The notes beneath the pieces are model-generated. The model was not told the DNA's origin. It did not search any database and worked only from the letters and a program-made list of their open reading frames with translations. Below, one piece after another: positions 24,501 through 35,328 of a stretch of 43,050 nt of DNA (its first letter is position 1; every line of letters begins with the position of its first letter). Origin of the DNA: Octopus sinensis (lineage: Eukaryota); contig NW_021831899.1 of NCBI RefSeq assembly GCF_006345805.1, positions 1 to 43,050 on the forward strand. Direction: 5' to 3'. The translations under genes were made by a program, and so were the position numbers.

Positions 24501-26413
24501 TTTATGTGGCACTATCGCCAGTGCTTTTTATGTGACACCATCATCAGTGCTTTTTATGTCACACCATCACTAATGCTTTTTATGTGACACCATCACCAGT
24601 GCTTTTTATGTGACGCTATCACCAGTGCTTTCTATGTGGCATTATCACCAGTATTTTTTATGTGACACCGTCACCAGTGCTTTTTATGTGACACCAGCAC
24701 TAATGCTTTTTATGTGGAACCATCACCAGTGCTTTTTATGTGACACCATCACCAGTGCTTTTTATGTGACACCATCACCAGTGCTTTTTATGTGACACCA
24801 TCACCAGTGCTTTTTATGTGACACCATCACCAGTGCTTTTTATGTGACACCATCGCCAGTGCTTTTTATGTCACACCATCACTAATGCTTTTTATGTGAC
24901 ACCAGCACTAATACTTTTTATGTGGCACCATCACTAATGCTCTAATGCTTGTTATGTGGCACTATCACCAGTGCTTTTTATGTGACATCATCACCAGTGC
25001 ATTTTGTGTCACACCATCACTAATGCTTTTTATGTGGCACTATCACCAGTGCTTTTTATGTGACACCATCAGCAGTGTTTTTTATGTGACACCAGCACTA
25101 ATGCTTTTTACGTGGCACCATCACCAGTGCTTTTTATGTGACACCAGCACCAGTACTTTTTATGTGACACTAGCACCAGTGCTTTTTATGTGGCACCATC
25201 ACCAGTGTTTGTTATGTGACACCATCACCAGTGCTTTTTATGTGACACCATCACTAATGCTTTTTATGTGACACCATCACCAGTGCTTTTTATGTGACAC
25301 TATCACCAGTGCTTTCTATGTGGCACCATCACCAGTGTTTTTATGTGACACCGTCACCAGTGCTTTTTATGTGACACCAGCACTAATGCTTTTTATGTGG
25401 AACCATCACCAGTGCTTTTTATGTGACACCATCACCAGTGCTTTTTATGTGACACCATCACCAGTGCTTTTTATGTGACACTATCACCAGTGCTTTCTAT
25501 GTGGCACCATCACCAGTGTTTTTATGTGACACCGTCACCAGTGCTTTTTATGTGACACCAGCACTAATGCTTTTTATGTGGAACCATCACCAGTGCTTTT
25601 TATGTGACACCATCACCAGTGCTTTTTATGTGGAACCATCACCAGTGCTTTTTATGTGACACCATCACCAGTGCTTTTTATGTGACACCGTCACCAGTGC
25701 TTTTTATGTGACACCAGCACTAATGCTTTTTATGTGGAACCATCACCAGTGCTTTTTATGTGACACCGTCACCAGTGCTTTTTATGTGACACCGTCACCA
25801 GTGCTTTTTATGTGGAACCATCACCAGTGCTTTTTATGTGACACCATCACCAGTGCTTTTTATGTGGCACCATCACTAATGCTTTTTATGTGACACCAGC
25901 ACTAATGCTTTTTATGTGGAACCATCACCAGTACTTTTTATGTGGCACCATCACCAGTGCTTTTTATGTGACACCGTCACCAGTGCTTTTTATGTGGAAC
26001 CATCACCAGTGCTTTTTATGTGACACCATCACCAGTGCTTTTTATGTGGCACCATCACCAGTGTTTTTTATGTGACACCATCACCAGTGCTTTTTATGTG
26101 ACACCATCACCAGTGCTTTTTATGTGGCACCATCACTAATGCTTTTTATGTGACACCAGCACTAATGCTTTTTATGTGGCACCGTCACTAATGCTTTTTA
26201 TGTGCACTATCACCAGTGCTTTTTATGTGACACCATCACCAGTGCTTTTTATGTGACACCATCACCAGTGCTTTTTATGTGGCACCATCACGAATGCTTT
26301 TTATGTGCCACTATCACCAGTGCTTTTTATGTGACACCATCACCGGTGTTTTTTATGTGACACCGTCACCAGTGCTTTTTATGTGACACCTGCACTAATG
26401 CTTTTTATGTGAC
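15563..26413 (+). repeat. 26-bp satellite array, ~415 monomers, consensus gtgctttttatgtgacaccatcacca
   Basis: The 26-nt period is visible throughout; three monomers give the 26-aa pseudo-repeat in the ORF track. Length/26 is about 417. Confidence 0.98.
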
Positions 26414-26447
26414 TCCAGGGTCACCAGGTACTTTGCATGACGAAATC
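26411..26447 (-). mobile_element. RTE-tail element, continuation (right flank of the satellite)
   Basis: gggtcaccaggtactttgcatgacgaaatc matches the reverse complement of 41115-41144 (gggtcaccaagtaacttgcaagacaaagat). Confidence 0.75.
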
Positions 26448-27064
26448 GCACTACTGAGAGGGTGACTTTATACCAATTGAGAAACTTAAGGTAAAGAATG
26501 GATAGCTAAGTGTGTCTTGAGCAAATGATTGAATGACTGAATAATCATCACTGAAACTGACTGAGGTCCATTTATTTATTTATTTGCTTATTTATTTATC
26601 TATGTATTAATGTTTGATCTGAGATTTAAGATCTGAGTCAGTTGAGTTCAATAGTTCTTGAAACACTCATAAATTTTGTCTTCACCTGGCTCATTTCACT
26701 ATTTCTATGACAACCTGCTTCCATTCCATTGAAATGTTTTGCTTCTGCTAATAAACCATTCTTCTATTTATCATTCCTGTGTTTCCTTTCCTGGTGTACT
26801 GTTCGGAAAAGTATCATCAATCCTGCTTCTAAAACGGTAACCGTTCTCTATCATCCAGTTACAAATCATACATTTTTCACCAATTCCTGGAACCATAATT
26901 TGGTCTTTCCCTTAAATACAAAACTGTCTTTTGTCTGAAGGCGAAAAAATAAATAAATGTAGTTAGCTATTTTATTCCCTCCCATCATCATCCTCTCTCT
27001 CTATTTCTCTTTCTCTCTCTCTCTTTGTCTCTCCCTCTCTCATTTGAATGAGTCACCTATCAGA

Positions 27065-27430
27065 TAAAGTGGTGACAGTGGTAGCGGTAGTGGCAGTGGT
27101 GGTGGTTGTGGTGGTAGCTGTGATGGTGGTGGATGTAGTGATGGTGTTGGTGGTGGCAGCAATGGCGGTAGTGGTGGTAGTGGTGGTGGTGGTAGCTGTT
27201 ATGGTGGTAGCTGCAGTGAGGTGTTGGTGGCAGTGGCGATGGCAGTAATGGTGGTGGTGGCAGCGGTGGTGGTGGTGGTGGTGGTGGTGGTGGCTGCAAC
27301 GATGGTGTTGGTGGTGGCAGCGACGGCAGTGGTGGTGGTGGTGGTAGTGACGGCAGTGGTGGTTGGTGGTAGTCGCAACAGTGGGCAGTGGTGGAAAGAG
27401 TGGCAATAACAATGACAGCTGTGGTAATGA
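27065..27430. repeat. Degenerate (GTG)/(GCA)n trinucleotide block
   Basis: Direct reading; (GAT)n also at ~27545-27573. Confidence 0.95.
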
Positions 27431-27541
27431 TGATGATGATCATGTCCTCTGGTGATGGTTGTTATTGGTGGTGGTACTCGTGGTTGTGGAAATGGTCATA
27501 GCAACAATGAGGCCTTCCATTGATGGCAGTGTTGTTTTAGG

Positions 27542-27575
<34 letters not shown>

Positions 27576-27787
27576 TTCTTAATACTTTGTAACCAAGTCG
27601 CTTCACATCTGACCCTTCCATGTGACACCTTTGGACAAGTAAATGTCTCTAACTGTATAATAGTCTTCTTTCAGCTCATCCATCAGACTGTGCCACTAGG
27701 TAGGCACAAAAGCTCATTCAGAAGTCCATTGTTGTACCTGTTCTTTGATGGTTGACTTAATCCACTGCTTGGTATTAAGTAACTTAA

Positions 27788-28790
27788 CCCTATAGCATTC
27801 AAACTGGCCACATGAGGCCCGTTCTACCTGTTTAACTAGATCCAACCTCTCACATCTACCCTACAATGTCATTCTAAAAATAAGCAATCACACCATTGGA
27901 ATCTCGAAGCTATGAGATAATGCATGATTAATTCAAAACAATGTGAATAAATAAGCATTACATTTGACAGAGCAATCTGAATGCTAAAGGCTTAAAACAG
28001 CCATATCTGGTCCATTCTACTTGTTTTATGTTCAATGTAGCCAGATCCAATCTTTCACACCTACCCAACAATGTCATTCTAAAACTAAACAATCACATCA
28101 GTGAAATCTCAAAGCTATGAGATAATGCATGATTGATTCAAAACAATATGAATAAATAAGCATTATATTTGGCAGTGATCTGAATGATAAGGGACTAAAC
28201 ATATAAATATATCTCTTTAGAGTTTAAACCAGACATATCCAGCCCAAATATTCTATCTGTTCTATGTTCAAAACAGCTAAATCTGGCCTCTCGTACCTAT
28301 CCTACAATGTCATTCTAAAAATAAACAATCACCTCATTGAAATCTCAGAGCCACAAGATAATGTATGATTAATTCAAAGCAATGTGAATAAATAAACTTT
28401 GCATTTGACAGAGTAATCTGAATGCTAAAGGGTTAAATGAGTCAGATCTGGCCTGTTGCACCTACCCTACAATGCCCTTGTAAAAATAAGCAATCATGTC
28501 ATTGAAATCTTGGAGCTATGAGATAGTGGATGATTAACTCAAAACAATGTAGATAAATAATCATTACATTTGGCAGAATAATCTAAACCAGTCATGTGAC
28601 CCAAGTATTCTACCTGTTTTACGTTCAAATTGGCCAGATCCAGCCTCTCACACCTACCCTACAATGCCATTCTAAAAACAAGTAATCACACCGCTGGAAT
28701 CTCGAAGCTATGAGATAATACATGATTGATTCAAAAGAATGTAAATAAATGAGCATTACTTTTGACAGAGTGATCTGAATGCTTAAAGGG
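27788..28790 (+). mobile_element. Cluster of five head-to-tail piggyBac-like MITE copies (~200 bp each)
   Basis: TTAA|ccctatagcattc (27784-27800); right ends gaatgctaaagg(g/c)|TTAA at 27991, 28432 and 28790, degenerate end at 28193; shared body cacctaccctacaatgtcattctaaaaataaacaatc..gctatgagataatgcatgattaattcaaaac. Confidence 0.82.
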
Positions 28791-29043
28791 TTAATTACTA
28801 CCGGGCACTTCAGTATATTTTGCAGAATCCACAATGTGATAAGCATTCAAGCCAAGTCTCTCTCTGGTTTCGTGGACAGATAAATATTTCAATTTACTGT
28901 CTTGACATTGCTTCCAAGTACCTGTAGCTTTTTTTTTTTTTTTTGTCCAGTGCCATCCCTTCCAGATTTAGGGCTCCAACAAAGATTATGAGTGCTACCC
29001 TTTCAACTCTGATAATAAAATCTCAGCAAAATTTTCCTCTCAG

Positions 29044-29094
29044 GTTCTTAATCCACATGCCTTGACAATTTTGATAGCTGGTGTACTGAATGAG
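29044..29094 (+). CDS. Candidate host-gene coding exon (VLNPHALTILIAGVLNE), product unknown
   Basis: Acceptor aaaattttcctctcAG, donor GAG|GTAAGG, 51 nt, only phase 0 open. The frame is also open from an upstream AG (28972-29043, GSNKDYECYPFNSDNKISAKFSSQ). Confidence 0.5.
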
Positions 29095-29339
29095 GTAAGG
29101 AATATAAATTAATTCTACCCTTTGATGTATGTAAACACACATCAAAGAAGCTGCTAGTTAAGCTTGGAATTATATAACTTGTGTGAGAGAAGAAACAGAC
29201 AGGCATATGTCAGAGGCTGTACTTAGTATAGATATAACCTTGAATTCAAGGAACTTGGTGAAGGGCTACCTTGGTAACAAAAAAGATTTTAAGTAGAAGA
29301 CCAATGATTAACTGCATAAATTATTGCATTCAAATTTTG

Positions 29340-29530
29340 GCTCAAGGCCAGCAATTTCAGGGAAGAGGGTGAGTTGATTACATCAACCCCAGTGCATGAC
29401 TGGTACTTATTTTATCGAACCCCCAAAAGGATAAAAAATAAAGTTGACCTAAGTGGGATTTAAACTCAGAACATAAAGACAGAGGAAATGCCGCTGAGCA
29501 TATTGCCTGGTGTGCTAACAAATCCAGCAG
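29340..29530 (-). mobile_element. SINE family B, degenerate
   Basis: gattacatcaaccccagtgcatgactggtacttattttatcg..aaaggataaaa..aaagttgacc matches family B. Confidence 0.7.
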
Positions 29531-29687
29531 CACACTACCTTATTAACTGCATAATTATCAGTTGGTAAATGTATTGCAGAAGAAGGCAGAAATCACCTTT
29601 AGAATCTAGTTGGTAATTTTCTCAAAAACTACAATTTTTCTTCTGCCCTATCCAACTGCATCTGTAGTACTTTCCTCTAAGTAGTCC

Positions 29688-29737
<50 letters not shown>

Positions 29738-29743
<6 letters not shown>

Positions 29744-30113
29744 TCTGCTTTAGCAAAGGCGGAGGTATTGTTTTCTGTTGTATTTGTATTTTTGTTTGTC
29801 TGTGGACAAGATATCTCAAGAACCGCTGGATGGATTTCGATGAAACTTTCAGGGATGTTTGGCCTCATGACTGGCACAAACTGATAAGACTTTGGGATCA
29901 ATCAGGTACCGGACAAGGATTCTGGATTATTTTTCCTGTTTTTTTTTTTTTCACTTAATTTTGAGAGCAGTCAGGTTAATTTTTAGTATTCTCATTTGTG
30001 AGAGCAGTCGAGTTTATTTCAGATATTCTCATTTTAAAAATCATCTCTGGCTAATCATTGAGAGGATGGTGGTGTTGCCTTGATGGAGGTTTGCGCTCTC
30101 TAAGTGCTCTTGT
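29738..30113 (+). mobile_element. Helentron-associated (HINE/DINE-1-like) non-autonomous element
   Basis: 5' inverted repeat acctctgcttt..aaaggcggaggt, (tgtt/tgtc) tract, subterminal ccttgatggaggt, 3' stem-loop gcgct-ctcta-agtgc followed by T-rich sequence. Confidence 0.6.
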
Positions 30114-30139
30114 TGTTATTATTATTATTATTATTATTA

Positions 30140-30600
30140 TGTTTAACATATCAGGTGAAATGCTTAATGGTATTTAACCTTTCAGGGTCGATAAAATAAG
30201 TATCAGTGGAGCTCTGAGGTTGATGTAATCGATTAGCCACCTCTCTTTGAATTTCAGGTCTTGTGCTTTCAGTAGAAAGGATTGATGTTGTTGTTGTTGT
30301 TGTTATTCTTGAGTGAGAGAGCAGCACATGCTATCAAAGTGAGACGGGGATAAAATATACAAAGCCCAGTATACCCATCATGACATACCTGTCTGATAAG
30401 GGCACACACGGTACATGCATCACAACTGTATGTGCGTGATATGGTAATCACATATCAAGATAAACAGTGCCAAATTTGCCTTTCATCCTTTCAGGTTGGA
30501 TAAAATAAGTACCAGTAAAGTACTGGGGTTGATATAGTTGACTTCTCCCTCCCCCTCAAAAATTGCTGGTCCTGTGCCAAAATTTGAAAGCGTTATTAAT
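30140..30600 (+). mobile_element. Two SINE family B fragments (30140-30285, 30470-30600)
   Basis: cctttcagggtcgataaaataagtatcag and gcctttcatcctttcaggttggataaaataagtaccag cores. Confidence 0.65.
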
Positions 30601-31116
30601 TTTATTATTGTTGTTGCTGTTGTTCTTTGTTATTATCTCTACAAACATCTATTACAGTTAACTGGAAACATTCCCAGTTGTGTATGTCAGGGAGTGGTGG
30701 TGGTGGTGTTAGTGGTGGCGGTGGTGGTGGTGGTGGCAGTGGTGGTGATGGTGCTAGAGAAAGATAGTACAAGGGGGACATAATCAATAATTTTGGATCA
30801 ACTCTGTTGAATGCAAAGAGATTTTGGCCAAGGAACTTGCAAAAAAAAGAAAAAAATCTTTTATGAAAATGTTCTAACTTTTCCGTGACCATATTTCTAA
30901 TGAAACACTCAGCCTATGTGTTTCAATTAATTTTGAAAATAATCAAAGATTTAGAGGGATCTAATAAAAAAAGATAATCATTTTGTATTTTTTTTTTGTT
31001 AATCTGTTGTTTGGAATGTAACAAAATGTTCTTGAATAAATTTGTACTGGAAGATTTAAATTTAAATATTAAATCTGCACTCTGTAAAAACAGGCAATAC
31101 ATTTGTAGATAGCTTT

Positions 31117-31692
31117 TAGTAATATTCATAGCAACTTTAACATGGCTGTCTGTTCAAGTGGACTCTACTGCAATTTTTTAACCCCAAGAGGACATCTCTA
31201 GCTGGTTAACGATGCACACCTGCATCCAATGAAATTGCGAGCAGGGGAGCGAACCCCTACCATCTCCTAGCAACAGGACCAATAGTTTTGGGCTATTTCT
31301 GTCACTCCTCAGTACTGGACACCTCGTCTGCCAGAGATGATTGCAGCTTGCTTCTGCACGCAATATATATATTTCAAGTGAACACACAGTCGCTGATTTT
31401 ACAACAAGCAAAAAATACTAGTTCTAAAATCTCTCTTAGAGATCAACGCAGTAGTTGTACTAACAAGTAATATTTGTAGCCACCTTAACATGGTTGTCCA
31501 TTCAAGCAGACTCTACTGCAGTTTTTTTAACTCCAAGTGGACATCTGTAGCTGGTTAACGATGCACAGCAATTTTATTGGATGCAGCTGTGCATCGTTAA
31601 CCAGCTAGAGGAGATGTCCTCTCGTAGTTAAAAAATCACAGTAGAGTCTGTTCGAATGGACAGCCATGTTGAAGTGGCTATGAACATTACTA
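31117..31692. mobile_element. Long-TIR / fold-back element with three ~100-125-bp arms
   Basis: Arm 1 31117-31238 (+), arm 2 31466-31567 (+), arm 3 31568-31692 (inverted); no convincing TSD. Confidence 0.75.
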
Positions 31693-31718
31693 ATATTATT
31701 TACCAATGAATGCTCATT

Positions 31719-32284
31719 GTGAGATAATGTACGCTTAATGGATATGTGGGTATTTTGTAAATATTTCTGACCAGGTCCTGCCTTTCACACGTACTGTACA
31801 ATGTCACTATAAAAATAAATAATCATATCATTGAGATCTGTAGCCTGTGAGATAATGTACGCTTAATTAATGGATATGTAGGTATTTTGTAAATATTTCT
31901 GACCAGGTCCTGCCTTTCACACGTACTGTACAATGTCACTATAAAAATAAATAATCATATCATTGAGATCTGTAGCCTGTGAGATAATGTACGCTTAATT
32001 AATGGATATGTAGGTATTTTGTAAATATTTCTGACCAGGTCCTGCTTTTCACACATACTGTACAATGTCACTATAAAAATAAACAATCATATCATTGAGG
32101 TCTCCAGCCTGTGAGATAATGTACACTTAATTAATGGAGATGTAGGTATTTTGTAAATATTCCTGACCAGGTCCTGCCTTTCACACGTACTGTACAGTGT
32201 CACTATAAAAATAAACAATCATATCATTGAGATCTGTAGCTTGTGAGAACGGATGCTTAATTTCCTGGGTATGTGGGTATTTTA
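31719..32284 (+). repeat. 132-bp tandem repeat, ~4.3 copies
   Basis: Marker atgtcactat at 31801, 31933, 32065 and (gtgtcactat) 32197, a period of exactly 132. Confidence 0.95.
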
Positions 32285-32967
32285 TAATACTTCATAGAGT
32301 GATGACAACCATATCCTGCATAGTTACAGGCTGCCCTTTGGCAAGACATAGCACCCGTTCAGCTACCCAGCCAGGGATATGATGAAGTCATGGACTGAAG
32401 CATGGTGGATTATGAAGAGGGAGCGCAAGAGCTGAGCTGAGTCAACACAGTGCTCCTTACATTGATGTTAAGCAGAGGAATCCTAGAATATCAAATGGTC
32501 AGGGCCACCAAACTCTATCAAGAGAGAGTAACTGCAGTGCATCCATGGTTTTATAATCAGCTGATGAAAGATTCACTGTGACTCAAGCTCCTTATTCAAA
32601 TTCATAATAATGGAATTGGATGGTGACAGAGAGTCATGGGAATCCATGAAAGCAGCGAAAAGAAGGAATATTTTTGAAGTGTGAATAAATAAGCATCACA
32701 TTTGACAGAATAATCTGAATGCTAAAGAATTAATGAAGATAATTCTTCACAACTTCATTTCAGTCATTTAGTCAACGTAATTCTACAGCTTTTCAAGTCA
32801 TTTCTACACAACATTGTAGGTATATTGGTATTTATTGTCTTTCATACCTTAACTAGTTTCAGTCATTGGACTGTTGCCATGCTGGAGTACTGCCTTCAAA
32901 GTTTTAACCAATCATATCAACCTTGGTATTATTTCATTTGGTGTTTATTTTAACAATCTGCATAGGT

Positions 32968-33340
32968 ACAGGCATAGCTTAGTGGTTAGAAGCTTGCTTC
33001 CCAACCAAATGGGTTCAGGTTCAGCCCCACTGTGTGGCACCTTCAGCAAGCGCCTTCTACTATAGCCTCGATCCAACCAAAACCTTGTGAGTGGACTTGT
33101 ATATATAATATATATATATATATGTATGTATCTCTTTGCATGCATCTTTGTGTCTGTGTTTGCCCTCCATCACTGCTTGACAACTGGTGTTGGTGTGTTT
33201 ACGTCCCCGTAACATAATGGCTTGGCAAAGAGACTGATAGAATAAATATTAGACCTAATAAAGAAGTCTTGGGGTTGAATTGTTTGATAAGCTAGTGCTC
33301 CAGCATGACCACAGTCAAATGACTGCAACAAATAAAAGAA
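32968..33340 (+). mobile_element. SINE family A
   Basis: Head tagcttagtggttagaagcttgcttccc..ggttcagcccc, tail gtgctccagcatgaccacagtcaaatgactg. Confidence 0.82.
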
Positions 33341-33384
33341 TATATATGAACTAAACAGAACAGGAGGATATACGTGGATATACT

Positions 33385-33706
33385 CTTTTACTTGTTTCAG
33401 TCATTTGACTGTGGCGATGCTGGAGCACCGCCTTTAGTCGAGCAAATTGACCCCAGGACTTATTCTTTGTAAGCCTATTACTTATTCTATCAGTCTCTTC
33501 TACCAAACCGCTAAGTTATGGGAACATAAACACACCAGCATCGGTTGTCAAGCGATGTTGAGGGGACAAACACAGACACAAACATACACACACACACACA
33601 TTATATATATATGTATATATAATAATAAATATTAGGGAATAAATCCAAATTTACAGGGAAAAATCCAATTTTAGTAAAATATTATATAATTATTTATTTA
33701 TTATTT

Positions 33707-33738
<32 letters not shown>

Positions 33739-33831
33739 CTTTATATTAAAATTTTTTATGTATTGATTAAGTCTTTCCTTGTTTGATTTGCAAAGTAGTG
33801 GTTTTTGTCTCTCTAATAATATATATATATG

Positions 33832-33881
<50 letters not shown>

Positions 33882-33886
33882 TATTA

Positions 33887-33935
<49 letters not shown>

Positions 33936-34095
33936 TATATATGATAGGCTTCTTTCAGTTTCCATCTACCAAATCCACTCACAAGGTTGCCCGAGGCTAT
34001 AGTAGAAGGCACTTACCCAAGTGCCATGCAGTGGGACTGAACCCAGAACCATGTGGTTGGGTAGCAAGCTTCTTACTACACAGCCACACCTGCAC
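33385..34095 (-). mobile_element. SINE family A with AT-rich insertion in its internal microsatellite
   Basis: Tail at 33385-33430, body to ~33600, 5' half 33945-34095; 33620-33790 insert related to 241-290. Confidence 0.82.
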
Positions 34096-34304
34096 CTATG
34101 TATGCATATATCAACATATATTTTCTTACACATACATGTATATACATGTTTTATGAGTTCAAGATAGCTAGTAATATTTATAAATCTACAAAATTCAAAC
34201 TGAAGTAACAATAGGGTAAAAAAAAAAAAACTAACCTACATATTTAATTGGCACTGTAATATATTTCGAAACAGTAATAATAATAATTATTATTTCGATA
34301 AATA

Positions 34305-34915
34305 GTTGCGTACTGGGGTCAATCTAATCGACTGACCCCTTCCCCAAAATTTCAGGCCTTGTGCCTAGAGTAGAAAAGAATATTTCAATGAGGCAAGCTG
34401 GCAGAAACTTTAGCCTGCCAGGCAAAATGCTTAGTGGTATTTTGTCTGTCTTTATGTTCTGAGTTCAAATTCTGCAAAGGTCAAAATACCAGTGAAATAC
34501 TGTGGTCAGCAGAATCAACTAGTCCCTTCCCCACCAATTTCAGTTCCTGAGTCTATAGTAGAAAGGATTATTATTATTATTATAATTATCATTGTTGTTG
34601 TTATTATTATTATTATTATTATAATTATAATTATCATTGTTGTTGTTATTATTATTATTATTATTACTATTATTATTATTATTATTATCATCATCATTTA
34701 AGGAGGTGAGATGGCAAAATTGTTAGCATGCCAGGTGAAATGCTCAGTGGCATTTCATCTGCCGCTATGTTCTGAGTTCAAATTCTGCTAGGTTCAATTT
34801 TTCCTTTCATCGTTTTGAGGTAGATAAATTAAGTACCTCTTGAGTCTGAGGTCGATATAATCAACTAGTCTCCCCACACCCATAAATTTCAGGTCTAGTA
34901 CCTGTTTTAGAAAGG
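34305..34915 (+). mobile_element. Three stacked SINE family B copies with (ATT)n/(ATC)n tails
   Basis: Repeated gttctgagttcaaattctgc and ..aatttcagg..cctagagtagaaagga motifs separated by (ATT)n (34568-34700). Confidence 0.7.
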
Positions 34916-34985
34916 ATTATCATCATCATTATCATCATCATCATTATTACATCTAAAGTACCATTAAAATATTGCACCTCTACAG

Positions 34986-35023
34986 GTCAAGAAATTTGAA
35001 CGGCCGCCAAATATTGAAGTGTG
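34986..35023 (+). CDS. Candidate host-gene coding exon (VKKFERPPNIEV-W/C), product unknown
   Basis: Acceptor attgcacctctacAG, donor TG|GTAAGG, 38 nt; the phase 0 start is compatible with the 29094 donor. Confidence 0.45.
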
Positions 35024-35328
35024 GTAAGGACATCTGCTGGCAATACCCAGCAATGGACTGCATGAAAGCTGTGATAAAAAAATGCGATAGATATAAAGGA
35101 CAATGTTTTGGAACATGTGAAGAAATACTAAATAGATAAGTAGAACCAAGAATTAGCATAAAAAAACCATTATTGTTGTCAAAAGCAATGTGTTTCATGC
35201 AAACAGAGAAGGCAAAAAATACATTAATTTACCCTGGAATTACCAAGTGTACTTATGGTATCAGATGACCAAACAGATGCTGGAATTGGTAAACACCATG
35301 CGCATTTGTAAGCTTCGGCAAAGTTTTT

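Noticed and set aside
15678-26075. Many ORFs of type MTPSPVLFMWHHHQCFLCDTITSAFYV
   Set aside because: Three 26-bp monomers generate a 26-aa repeat; the frames break at random and no splice or coding signal is seen.
15563-26413. CRISPR-like reading of the array
   Set aside because: No unique spacers and no cas genes; eukaryotic context; monomers are directly contiguous.
27675-27699. 25-nt + strand micro-exon with CTAAC branch point
   Set aside because: It ends in TAG if joined in phase 0 to the 29044 exon, and such signals occur by chance.
28951-29094. Longer exon from the strong poly-T acceptor at 28950
   Set aside because: All three frames contain stops.
32560-32600. Hammerhead candidate ctgatgaaagattc
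   Set aside because: No GAAA after a stem II and no NUH site.
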